The translations under genes were made by a program, and so were the position numbers. The notes beneath the pieces were generated by a model that saw nothing but the letters and a program-made list of their open reading frames with translations, made no database searches and was not told the origin of the DNA. Shown one piece after another: positions 18,588 through 27,990 of a stretch of DNA of 64,000 bases. Source of the DNA: a virus; the IMG/VR virus record IMGVR_UViG_3300042332_001447, positions 1-64,000 of that record; one strand, written 5' to 3'. The stretch's first letter is position 1, and each line of letters begins with the position of its first letter.

Positions 18588-20510
18588 GTGAAAACTAAAC
18601 GATCACCAAAGCAAACTGCGTCAAAGCAGAACGCATCAGACGTATCATCTGATATAAGCAAAAAAGATACTTCTCCAAGAGTGCATCAAAGAGAAAAAAT
18701 AAATTTTAATCTCAATATAAAAGGACTTGATTGGACGGAGAAACAAAAAGCATTTATAGAACTTGCTACTCACAAAGACACTAGAGTTGTATTTTTAAGT
18801 GGTCCTGCCGGTACAAGCAAGGCACAGCCTCTTGATGCTAAATTATTAACACCTAATGGATGGCGTTTAATGGGAGACATACAACCAGGGGACAAGGTAT
18901 ATGGTAGAGACGGCACACCTGTTAAAGTAATAAGTATACATCCTCAAGGTATACAGGATATTTTTAAAGTAACGTTTTCTGATGGCACATCGACAGAATG
19001 TACTGATGATCACTTATGGCTTACTAAGACATACTATGATCGTACTTTTGAGAAAACTAGAGAGACTGTCAGGTTATCGCGTCAAAAAAGAGGTTTACGT
19101 GAATTAAAGCATAGTCAAGCAAGAATTGACTCCTCTAAGAACGGTACTGTAAAGACTCTAAAAGAAATTAGAGAAACTTTGTATGTCGGTGGTAGCGAGA
19201 ATATTAATCACACGATACCTATTGTTGATGTTTTACAATTTCCTGCTCGGGAACATATAATACATCCGTATATTATGGGTGTATTATTGGGTGATGGATG
19301 TTTACGTACTCGTATTGGTATAACGAGTGCTGACTCCGAGCTTGTTGAACGGGTAAGAGAGTTTTTACCGAGTGATATGCAACTCAAGTATCTAGACAGA
19401 CCGTACGAATACAAGATCATGGGTAAAGAGAGAAGCACTAACTATTTCTTAAAAGAATTAGCTCGAATGGAATTAAGAGGTAAGTATTCATACAATAAAT
19501 GTATACCTGATGAGTATCTTTTTGATTCACAAGAAAATAGACTGTGGTTACTAAAAGGTTTAATGGATACAGATGGTTTCGCGGTTTCAAAACAAAGCTA
19601 TGTAGGTTTTTGCAGCACGTCTGTTGATTTGATGGATGGTGTTCGTTTTTTGGTAGAATCTCTCGGTGGAGTATGTTCAGCGGGCCATGCCTCTGATGGT
19701 AACGATTATATGTATAATGGCGAATTACGTAAAGGTAGACCGTCATGGTCGTTTTTTGTAAACTTACCTGTAAATCCGTTTAGTTTGAGTCGTAAGCAGG
19801 TATTAGTGAAGCAGCGAACTAAATATTTTCCACAGCGATACATAACAAACGTGGAATATGTAGGGCAAAAAGAAGCTCAGTGTATTTTAGTGGATAGTGC
19901 AGAACACTTATATCTCACAAATAATTGTATTGTTACACATAATACCGCGCTGGCAGTATTCTGCGCTCTTCAATTAATAAACACAAAGAGAGCTAGTGAG
20001 TTAGTTTACGTTAGATCATTAGTCGAGAGTGCATCCCAGAGCTTAGGTTCTCTACCTGGAGAGATGGGTGAAAAATTTAAACCGTTTGCTATGCCTCTTA
20101 TAGATAAATTAGAAGAGTTTCTATGCACAGGGGATATAAAGAAATTATTCGCTGATGAAAGAGTTAAACCTACACCTGTTAACTATCTTAGAGGTGCTTC
20201 ATACAACGCAAATGTAGTTATTGTAGATGAAGCGCAAAATCTCGATTTTAATAAAGAGCTCGTAACTGTTATAACCCGTATAGGTAAATTTAGTAAATTT
20301 TTTATACTCGGGGATCCTATGCAAACAGATCTTAAGCATAAAGAGCAGTCCGGATTTAAGCCTATGTTTGATCTCTTTAATGACGAGCAATCTCAAAAAG
20401 AAGGAATATATTGTGTAGAATTCACTAAGGATGATATCATGCGTTCTGAACTTCTCAAGTTTATCGTAGAAAAAATTGAAAATTATCAAGCTATAAAGAA
20501 ACAAATGTAG
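18588..20510 (+). CDS. phoH: PhoH-like ATPase containing an intein (about 266 aa mature)
   Basis: GPAGTSK|T P-loop, LGSLPG, YLRGAS, IVDEAQN, GDPMQTD, DIMRS. Confidence 0.92.
   Translation: MKTKRSPKQTASKQNASDVSSDISKKDTSPRVHQREKINFNLNIKGLDWTEKQKAFIELATHKDTRVVFLSGPAGTSKAQPLDAKLLTPNGWRLMGDIQPGDKVYGRDGTPVKVISIHPQGIQDIFKVTFSDGTSTECTDDHLWLTKTYYDRTFEKTRETVRLSRQKRGLRELKHSQARIDSSKNGTVKTLKEIRETLYVGGSENINHTIPIVDVLQFPAREHIIHPYIMGVLLGDGCLRTRIGITSADSELVERVREFLPSDMQLKYLDRPYEYKIMGKERSTNYFLKELARMELRGKYSYNKCIPDEYLFDSQENRLWLLKGLMDTDGFAVSKQSYVGFCSTSVDLMDGVRFLVESLGGVCSAGHASDGNDYMYNGELRKGRPSWSFFVNLPVNPFSLSRKQVLVKQRTKYFPQRYITNVEYVGQKEAQCILVDSAEHLYLTNNCIVTHNTALAVFCALQLINTKRASELVYVRSLVESASQSLGSLPGEMGEKFKPFAMPLIDKLEEFLCTGDIKKLFADERVKPTPVNYLRGASYNANVVIVDEAQNLDFNKELVTVITRIGKFSKFFILGDPMQTDLKHKEQSGFKPMFDLFNDEQSQKEGIYCVEFTKDDIMRSELLKFIVEKIENYQAIKKQM
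18822..19943 (+). mobile_element. Class 3 intein (374 aa) with LAGLIDADG homing endonuclease
   Basis: Starts AQPLDA; block B DDHLW; block F AQCILV; ends VTHN|T; MGVLLGDG and LKGLMDTDG motifs. Confidence 0.9.
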
Positions 20511-20512
20511 AT

Positions 20513-20905
20513 ATGAAAGCTCTTATAGACGAAATATACACCGAACAAGAATGTTCACATATTAAAACGTTCTTTAGTGAAGATTCATCTTTAAGAGATA
20601 TTATAAAAAAAGCTATAGGGGATAAAATAATACTGAGTAGCGAAAAAATACTACTCAGTAGCCCTTTGGATATAGTCTACCTAATTTGCTTGACAAGTAA
20701 ATTTGCAACTTCTGATGATGAGTGTCATCGAGTTGCTATTACCGTGTTTCAGTTTATTGAAAAGATCGATGATTCACTACCCTATTTGAGTGAGGATGGT
20801 TGTACATTACTTTTTGCAAGTAAGGTTCTTATGGCGTTATCATTCAGAGTAAAAGCTATTGAACATCGTTGGAAGTATCGTGGTGCACCTTCACCTAGTT
20901 TTTAC
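20513..20905 (+). pseudogene. Hypothetical gene interrupted by the tnpB element; probable C-terminus at 22290-22361
   Basis: ORF reaches ...GAPSPSFY at TTAC; an NNGQADIAKHHEQWEGFLGELLV* frame follows the right end. Confidence 0.55.
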
Positions 20906-21030
20906 ATGTTAGGACTGAGTGAAAGCTGAGTGATCTTTAGTCACTCAGATGAAACTCAGCCTTTAAAATATTTGTAAAGAAATTAATATTTTCATTAGAA
21001 AAATACTTCCGCTTTGATTAAATATAATAA

Positions 21031-22272
21031 GTGGAAGCACCAAAGACATATTTTAAAGCGTTCAAGTTTAGACTTGATCCCAAAGAGGATCAACTCACCT
21101 TGCTTTCAAAGCACTTTGGTTGCACAAGGTTTCTTTATAACTATTTCTTAGGTGAAAAGATTCGTCACTACAAAGATAACGGAACTACTTTGAACTTTAA
21201 CAACACATGTATATCTCTAACTTCTTTAAAAAAACAAGAAGAATACGAATGGCTTTCAGAAGTTAACGCTCAGTGTCTCCAAGGCTCTTTGAAGAATTTA
21301 GAGAACGCATATCAAAGATTCTTTAAAAAACAATCAAAGTTTCCTCGTTTTAAGTCAAAGAAAGTTAATAGTGACTCGTTTTGTTGCCCTCAGCATGTAA
21401 CCATAGAAGGAAACAAAATCTTCGTTCCTAAGTTTAAAGAAGGCATTCCTTTCACAAAGCACAGAGAGATCAAAGGAGAAGTAAGAAGTGCAACGTTTTC
21501 TAAAGTCCCTTCTGGAAAGATGTACGTTAGTATTCTTTGCGAGTTGCCTTTAGAGACTCCTCTAAAAAAGACAGGAAAGAAGATTGGAGTAGATTTAGGC
21601 TTAAAAGACTTCTTGATAACCTCTGATGGCAAAAGATTTGCTAATCCAAGATTTTTAAAACAATTTTTAAAAGAACTTAAAGACCAACAAAAACATTTTA
21701 ATAGAAAACAAAAAGATTCGAAAAGAAAAGACAAACAAAGACTGAAAGTAGCTTGTTTGCATGAGAAGATAACCAATTCTCGTACTAACATGCAACACCA
21801 GATCAGCTCTTTTCTTGTTAAAAACTACGATCTAATAGCATTGGAGAGCCTTAATGTAAAAGGAATGATGGCTAACCATAGGTTAGCACAGTCTATTAGT
21901 GATGTAGCATGGAGTGGCTTTGTCTCCAAGTTAGAATACAAAGCAAAATGGTATGGAAAGGAAGTCATTCGTATTGAAACTTTCTTTCCATCCAGTAAAA
22001 CATGCAGTTGTTGCAATCAGGTCAAATCCAAACTAACTCTCAAAGAAAGAGATTGGACGTGTGTTTCTTGTAACACAAAGCATGACAGAGATATTAATGC
22101 CGCAACAAATATTTTGCAAAGAGGCATTACGATCTTATCGTCTGGAACAGACGATTACAGACATGGAGCTAAAATAAGACCCGTCAAGGAGAAATCTTTG
22201 AAAGGCACAAGCGTTGAGATGTCTAAAAAGAAGAATGTGCGCAAGTACATTCTGAAGCCGAACGATCTTTAG
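21031..22272 (+). CDS. tnpB: RNA-guided endonuclease TnpB
   Basis: N-terminal AFKFRL..HFGCTRFLYN, RuvC-I GVDLG, RuvC-II ALESL, Zn finger CSCC/CVSC, RuvC-III DRDINAA; catalytic D-E-D intact. Confidence 0.95.
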   Translation: MEAPKTYFKAFKFRLDPKEDQLTLLSKHFGCTRFLYNYFLGEKIRHYKDNGTTLNFNNTCISLTSLKKQEEYEWLSEVNAQCLQGSLKNLENAYQRFFKKQSKFPRFKSKKVNSDSFCCPQHVTIEGNKIFVPKFKEGIPFTKHREIKGEVRSATFSKVPSGKMYVSILCELPLETPLKKTGKKIGVDLGLKDFLITSDGKRFANPRFLKQFLKELKDQQKHFNRKQKDSKRKDKQRLKVACLHEKITNSRTNMQHQISSFLVKNYDLIALESLNVKGMMANHRLAQSISDVAWSGFVSKLEYKAKWYGKEVIRIETFFPSSKTCSCCNQVKSKLTLKERDWTCVSCNTKHDRDINAATNILQRGITILSSGTDDYRHGAKIRPVKEKSLKGTSVEMSKKKNVRKYILKPNDL

Positions 22273-22288
22273 TCGTTCGGTAGTTCAC
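22136..22288 (+). ncRNA. TnpB omega-RNA scaffold (copy 3); predicted guide begins at 22289 (AAATAACGGTCAAGCAGATA)
   Basis: Overlaps the tnpB 3' end and right end; hairpins with GAAA and GCAA loops. 5' boundary approximate. Confidence 0.8.
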
Positions 22289-22397
22289 AAATAACGGTCA
22301 AGCAGATATCGCTAAACATCACGAGCAATGGGAAGGATTTCTTGGAGAGTTGTTAGTTTAAACTTGATTTTTAGTTAGGAAAATAATAAATTTTTAA

Positions 22398-22892
22398 ATG
22401 GAAAATTATAGTGCTCTACAAGCTGAATTATCATCTACACTTTTTCATCTTAGTAGTTCAATCCAAGCTTTTAGCGACACACTAACATCTATACCACAGC
22501 ATCCTTATGATGCAACAAAGGCGATGTATTTTCCTGTGGATTATAAATTTCCAACGGTATACGATGTTAATGTACCAGAGGACGTATGCTTAAACACTAT
22601 TATAAAGGGGTTCGATACAGTACATCATAGATATCAAGAAAAAATACTCGATTACCTATCTTGCCCTAGTGAGTACGATTTAACTGATGCAGGTAATCAG
22701 TTTACTATACTAGCAGAACATCTCGGAGAAAATAAATATATTGTAACTGAAGACAAATATCGAATGTATCTAGAAGCGTTAGAGTTAATTCAGGGTATAG
22801 ATATAACAAGTGTTAATGAAGATAACTGTGTGGAGTTAATACATAAAATATGTTTTACTGTTTTACAGGCTTTACAGAAAAAAACAATCTAA
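22398..22892 (+). CDS. Hypothetical protein
   Basis: 164 aa; TTGATT-N17-TAAATT ends 5 nt upstream. Confidence 0.6.
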   Translation: MENYSALQAELSSTLFHLSSSIQAFSDTLTSIPQHPYDATKAMYFPVDYKFPTVYDVNVPEDVCLNTIIKGFDTVHHRYQEKILDYLSCPSEYDLTDAGNQFTILAEHLGENKYIVTEDKYRMYLEALELIQGIDITSVNEDNCVELIHKICFTVLQALQKKTI

Positions 22893-24427
22893 GGGTTAAC
22901 TCTTAAAGAGAGTACACCTAGTATACTACTCCCCATCTTACTAAAGATGTTTCCGCCTGGTTCAGATATACCTACAGGTGCTATTGCTTCTTTTTGCTTT
23001 GCGTTCTTTCTTACTTCATCAGAAGAGTTCATGAGTTTAATGTTAGGTACAAAGCTATCGTGACTATGTGCACCATCTGCAAGGGTGTGATGATGAGGAA
23101 AATTATATATAGGTATAGGTGCAGGGTTTGTAGATGTACCATTTGCGCCTACCACGACGCACTGTCCGGGTAAGATTACACCTGTTGGCTGAGTCTCTAT
23201 AGGTAATGCTTTTTTTGCAAGAGACATAGCTTCCTGCTGTATGTTTTTCATACCACGCGGGCTTAATAGCACTGAAGTAGGGTCTGCTAACTGCACTGTT
23301 ACTTTTCTTATAAAATCTGTTAGTGCGTTAGCTGCTCCTGTATAACTCCACTGTGCCGGACCAGTAACTTGATTAGGATCTGAAGATACTCTCGATCTTT
23401 CAACACGACCTGGACATGTTGCAGAATTGAATGATAAGTCTCCATCAATATGTGCACCTCCGCCTATAATAGCGTTACCAGCTGTATGCATAGTGCCTTG
23501 TACGGTTACCTGACCGTTACCTGCAGGGTCTGGAGTAAGTGCTATACTCTTACCTGTTATTTGTACGTGATCTCCTTCTAAGGATATAGGACCGACACTT
23601 GAACCTATAGTTACTTCTGGACCTATAATCTGAGTAATACCTCCTTTTATAGTTACTGGTCCTACAGAAGTTAAATTAATACCTTGTGCTCCTGTAAACA
23701 CGCTAAATTGATTACTGCATTTAATGTGATAATGACCACCTGGGGTTGCAAGTGGGTTCGTACCTACTACACTAGAGCTTTTTTTATACACTGGTATAGT
23801 AGCTTTTGATTCTATTTTACCACCGGAAGGAGATACTTGACCTTCCTTAACAACTTTATACGATTTAGAGTCATTAAAACCTAAACCTATTTCTAACATA
23901 TCATCTCCAACTATTAGCTGATGTCTATTGCCACCTAATGGCCCGAGCTTACTCTCTAGTTCAAGTATTTCTTTAGATTCTTTTTGAGCGACTTCTGCTG
24001 CTTTTTGAGTTTGTTTAGTTTGATCTGTTTTGTCTTCTAATTCCGCTTTACCTTCACATGTCGGGCACTTTTTATCAAAAAGACTTTGCTTGTCTTTCGG
24101 TCCTTTAAAAAGAGCACCTATGATAGGTATTCTAGCAGCAAAGCCTGTATTACCTGTATATCCCTCTAATGTTTCTTCTTTTTGCTTATAATCATTTACA
24201 AGCATTTTTCCTGAACAAGTCGGGCACTGTACACTAGTCTTTTTTTGTTCTGATGCTTGCTTACTTCTTGATTCTTTATCAGCAATTGCATCGTCTAAAG
24301 CTTCTGTACTTGATTTACCAGATGTTAAAGAGTTATTATACGCTTCACTAAATTTAGGATCTTTTTCTGATATCTTCGATATCATAGCTGCATTTTCAGC
24401 TCTTGTTTTTGTTAATTCGTCAGCCAT
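22889..24427 (-). CDS. Baseplate spike-like protein (gp5 C-terminal beta-helix-like) with Zn finger and His cluster
   Basis: CPTC twice, Gly/Ile/Val beta repeats, HHHTLADGAHSH; downstream of the gp5-like gene. Confidence 0.55.
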   Translation of the reverse strand: MADELTKTRAENAAMISKISEKDPKFSEAYNNSLTSGKSSTEALDDAIADKESRSKQASEQKKTSVQCPTCSGKMLVNDYKQKEETLEGYTGNTGFAARIPIIGALFKGPKDKQSLFDKKCPTCEGKAELEDKTDQTKQTQKAAEVAQKESKEILELESKLGPLGGNRHQLIVGDDMLEIGLGFNDSKSYKVVKEGQVSPSGGKIESKATIPVYKKSSSVVGTNPLATPGGHYHIKCSNQFSVFTGAQGINLTSVGPVTIKGGITQIIGPEVTIGSSVGPISLEGDHVQITGKSIALTPDPAGNGQVTVQGTMHTAGNAIIGGGAHIDGDLSFNSATCPGRVERSRVSSDPNQVTGPAQWSYTGAANALTDFIRKVTVQLADPTSVLLSPRGMKNIQQEAMSLAKKALPIETQPTGVILPGQCVVVGANGTSTNPAPIPIYNFPHHHTLADGAHSHDSFVPNIKLMNSSDEVRKNAKQKEAIAPVGISEPGGNIFSKMGSSILGVLSLRVNP

Positions 24428-24434
24428 ATAACTA

Positions 24435-26648
24435 TCAATCTTTAAGCATTTCTTCGTTAATTTTTTTTACTTTTTGAGTCAATTCTTCTATTACCTTGAT
24501 ATTTGCTTGCGTGGGTGTACCTACAACTATGTATTGATCTCCTATTGTAACTCTATTATCAGTGCCTTGAACCCATTCTTCTTTATTTAAACAATAACTG
24601 AAACGATTACCACCGATTTGTTCTACATGCTCGTTTGGGGAGTAATGTATTGTACCTGTTGCGTGTAACTCGTGAAAACCGCCATTAGCATGAGCTATTT
24701 TTATACTTCTATAATCCTTTTCATCAGTAACAGTACCGTTAAATTTTATCGCACCACAACTATTAGGTCTCAAAGTAGCTTCATTGTTTATAGTGGAAAT
24801 ATCGTTTTCTTTGGGGTAGTAAAGAGGCGGAGATTGCTGAGTGTATACACTTGCCCACTCAGCGGCACCATAAGAAGCTGCAAAATACACCGGGAATAAA
24901 GGATTACCTTCTCTAAAAAATACCCATAAGAGAGCGCCAGGATTAGGAACAGAAAACAGACCTTGAGCCATACCAGTTGTGTCTAAGGGTGTTGCTTGCG
25001 TACTCGTTGTATGTTTGCTTATATTGGAATTGTAATCCCCTTCTATACCGTTATTTTCGTCATTAGCTCTAGCTGAAGCTGTTGCGAGCACGCTTCCGTC
25101 CTTACCGAGTAAAGAAGCATCCGCTACTCCTGCGCTAGCTAATTTTTGTTTGCCTTGCTCTGTTAATCTCATAACAGTAGTTGTTTGACCTGATTTATTT
25201 AAATAACCTTGTACGTCGTCTCCTGATTTCCACGAATGCCATTGACCATCTAAATACACTTGAGCGTGACCGTAAGCGGTACCTCCTTTATTTTTTTGAT
25301 GTACGAGTACATCTCCTTGTTGTGGTTTATAATCACTACCGACTGTACCTCCATTAGCGTAATCTCCTTTCTTTGTCCAGTACCCGTTCCTTACAGTATC
25401 AGCTGTTATATCAGTACCGAAACCGGTATTTGAATAATATGAATCCCCTAAAGCTAATCCAACTGCTTTTCTCGTGCCTTGTCCGCACAATGTTGTACCA
25501 CTCGCACTCTTTAAGCCAGAAGCTCCCTTTAAAACATTACTTTTAAAAGCGTTAGCAAACCCCGGGCTCGACGTTGTACTCTTACCAGATACTGTACCTG
25601 TTATACCTTGCCCACCGCCTGATACAGTTGTACTCACATTTACTCCATCAGACGGTACTTGAGAATTAGTAGTATAATCTCCTCCCTCTGCAGTACTTTG
25701 CGGCATCGGTGGCGCTGTTAACGAAGACGGGTCAGGGTTACTTGCCGGTTGATTGATATTAGGTGCTTGCTTTGAACCTGATAAAAATGCGTTAGCTTTA
25801 CTGTCTTGACCAGGTTTATGGCTTCTCCCACCTGGTAGACTCGGCCACTTACCTTTTAATAGAGCGTTAGCTGTTGCGTAATCCCCTCTCGAGGCAGCTG
25901 CAGCTGCTTCAGGTCTATAAGCTTTTATATATAAAGCAGTAGCTCTGGCTTGCTGTTCGGGAGTATAATTACCTCTACCTCCACCGTTATTCATTGCAGA
26001 TGCAATGTCTCTCGGTACACCTAATCTTACGGCGTGCTCGACATCGTTTTGATTTGTTTGAAAGTAGCCATAATCCCCGTATTTTGCTTGAGATTGCTCA
26101 AGGGTTAATCCTTCCTTATTAACACCTCTTGCCACATTTGAATTATAATAACTGCCATTTTTACCTGGTATAGTAGCTGTGCCGTTGTAGTAGTCAGAAT
26201 TAGCTTCAGACGTATCGAAACTTGTTTCTCTAGCTCCTATACTCATAGTGTATCTTGCTAAATTCTCATCGATGTTTTCATCAATCTTAAAATTTGCTGA
26301 AGAAGGAGTTAATGCAGCATTACTATTCTCAGTGTAATTTGTTTGATTGTATGTACCGTTAACCGGGTTAAAGGAACCTGCAGTAGACGTACCAAAGACA
26401 GGTGAAGCACATTCCGCCCATGGTAGAATACTTCTTAGTTTATCGATAATACTTGAATCTAAACCGTTTTGTAAATTGTTACCGACGCAATCAATAGTTA
26501 TATCAAGCCCTGAATCATTCCAACTTTCTTGAAGATCGGGCATTATATGTGGTATAAAGATTTTCACTCTACCACGATACTCTGGATCTCTATTCTCTAT
26601 ACATATACCGAGGTAATTACCGTATTTTTTAAAATCCTCATTAAACAT
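24435..26648 (-). CDS. Baseplate hub gp5/VgrG-like OB-fold protein with inserted peptidoglycan hydrolase-like domains
   Basis: YLGICIENRDPEYRGRVKIFIP...LPWA and GLFSVPNPGALLWVFFREGNPLFPVY OB-fold motifs separated by about 475 aa. Confidence 0.75.
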   Translation of the reverse strand: MFNEDFKKYGNYLGICIENRDPEYRGRVKIFIPHIMPDLQESWNDSGLDITIDCVGNNLQNGLDSSIIDKLRSILPWAECASPVFGTSTAGSFNPVNGTYNQTNYTENSNAALTPSSANFKIDENIDENLARYTMSIGARETSFDTSEANSDYYNGTATIPGKNGSYYNSNVARGVNKEGLTLEQSQAKYGDYGYFQTNQNDVEHAVRLGVPRDIASAMNNGGGRGNYTPEQQARATALYIKAYRPEAAAAASRGDYATANALLKGKWPSLPGGRSHKPGQDSKANAFLSGSKQAPNINQPASNPDPSSLTAPPMPQSTAEGGDYTTNSQVPSDGVNVSTTVSGGGQGITGTVSGKSTTSSPGFANAFKSNVLKGASGLKSASGTTLCGQGTRKAVGLALGDSYYSNTGFGTDITADTVRNGYWTKKGDYANGGTVGSDYKPQQGDVLVHQKNKGGTAYGHAQVYLDGQWHSWKSGDDVQGYLNKSGQTTTVMRLTEQGKQKLASAGVADASLLGKDGSVLATASARANDENNGIEGDYNSNISKHTTSTQATPLDTTGMAQGLFSVPNPGALLWVFFREGNPLFPVYFAASYGAAEWASVYTQQSPPLYYPKENDISTINNEATLRPNSCGAIKFNGTVTDEKDYRSIKIAHANGGFHELHATGTIHYSPNEHVEQIGGNRFSYCLNKEEWVQGTDNRVTIGDQYIVVGTPTQANIKVIEELTQKVKKINEEMLKD

Positions 26649-26656
26649 ACAAGTAC

Positions 26657-27982
26657 TTAACCTGTTTTTGGCGGAATAACAGGCTCAGGTTTCATTATAC
26701 GTACAACTTGACCTGTCGTTCTATCTATATTGTATTGCGGTCCATTCGGTACACTCACAATGGCTGTAGAATTAGGATAATCACTTGTCGCAGGTATTGA
26801 TCTACCTGTATAAAGTGGAGCAAGTATAGGAAATTGATCTGAAAACCCTTTTAGTATACTTGATACAACACCTTGCCTCGATCCTTCTAAAACACTCTGT
26901 AGACCATATCCCATCTTGCCGTTAAAACCGAAACCAGTTATCTTTGAGATAGTTGAAAAATTATTTGCAAGTTCAGTTGGTACAAATTGATTTAAAATTG
27001 TTTGAGGGTTTCTTAAAGTGTACATAGAGCTTGATACCTGGGCAGGCATAAAGCTGTATGCATAATCAAACGGGTTTTGTATAAAGCCGTTTAATTTGTT
27101 AGACATTGTTTGTAATTGAGACGTGTATTGCGTAACTTGACTGAATCCAGAATATATGGATGATATACCAGAAAGCTGATTTGAAAAATCAGCTAGGGCA
27201 GATAAAAATTCCGGTAACCCTGGAGCAAGAGTACGAATAATAGTATTAAACATAAGCTGAACCATTTCAAATGCTTTATCTATTAAATCGTTAATTTGCT
27301 TCATTATATCCATCATACCGTAGTATATATCTGTAACTAAATTAATTGGTACAGCTAATGCAGAATCAATAAGCTTAACCATCTGTTGTAAATTGCCGAA
27401 CATATTTTGTGGTAATTCGGCTAATTTATCTATATTGTATTTTTTAAATGTAGCTTCATATTTTGCAGCTAAAGCAGGATTGGTATTGTTCATCATTGTA
27501 CCTAGTGTGCTTGGTAATGCTTCTGCAGAGCCAATAGGATCTTTTAAAACTCCAGTCATTGTACCTAGTGTTGAGCCCATAAAGCTAGAAATAGGTTTTA
27601 ACTTCTTTTGTAACTCCATGCTAGCTCCACTGACTGCAGATACCATAGTATCCTGTACACCACCTATAGCGCTTGTAGTAGCACCAGCTACAGTAGCTAC
27701 ATAGAGATTTGAATACTGATATCTCAGTCTTCTATAAATTTCAGGGTTTAGTTTTATATCGCCATCAGCTGCAGCTCCAGCTAGACCTGCTCCACTTACC
27801 GCACCTGCAATTCCCTCAACTCCACCTTGAGCTGTATTTAGTGTAGATGCAGCTGTACCGGTTGTAGGAGAAAAGAAAGTCGTTAGACCTTTAATAGCAT
27901 TAGCAAGTGGCGGGGATTGTCTTGCTGCTAGATCGTAAGCTTTTTCTCCAGGTTGGGAATTAATATACCAATTTGAGGGCAT
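26657..27982 (-). CDS. Hypothetical helical protein (baseplate region)
   Basis: 441-aa ORF in the operon. Confidence 0.6.
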   Translation of the reverse strand: MPSNWYINSQPGEKAYDLAARQSPPLANAIKGLTTFFSPTTGTAASTLNTAQGGVEGIAGAVSGAGLAGAAADGDIKLNPEIYRRLRYQYSNLYVATVAGATTSAIGGVQDTMVSAVSGASMELQKKLKPISSFMGSTLGTMTGVLKDPIGSAEALPSTLGTMMNNTNPALAAKYEATFKKYNIDKLAELPQNMFGNLQQMVKLIDSALAVPINLVTDIYYGMMDIMKQINDLIDKAFEMVQLMFNTIIRTLAPGLPEFLSALADFSNQLSGISSIYSGFSQVTQYTSQLQTMSNKLNGFIQNPFDYAYSFMPAQVSSSMYTLRNPQTILNQFVPTELANNFSTISKITGFGFNGKMGYGLQSVLEGSRQGVVSSILKGFSDQFPILAPLYTGRSIPATSDYPNSTAIVSVPNGPQYNIDRTTGQVVRIMKPEPVIPPKTG

Positions 27983-27990
27983 ATAAATAA

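Larger units (their letters stand above)
20906..22288 (+). mobile_element. IS200/IS605-family TnpB-only (IS1341-like) element, 1383 bp
   Basis: TTAC target; left guide AAAG (20922-20925) before hairpin CTGAGTGA-TCTTTAG-TCACTCAG; right guide GAAG before hairpin CCGAACGA-TCTTTAG-TCGTTCGG; ends TCAC. Both ends fit the IS608 guide/cleavage pairing rules. Confidence 0.9.

Noticed and set aside
145-22308. Self-targets for the three guides within the window
   Set aside because: By eye only about 5-nt matches after TTAC were found (e.g. TTTACATTAT near 35739 and 39428), expected by chance; a computational scan was not run.
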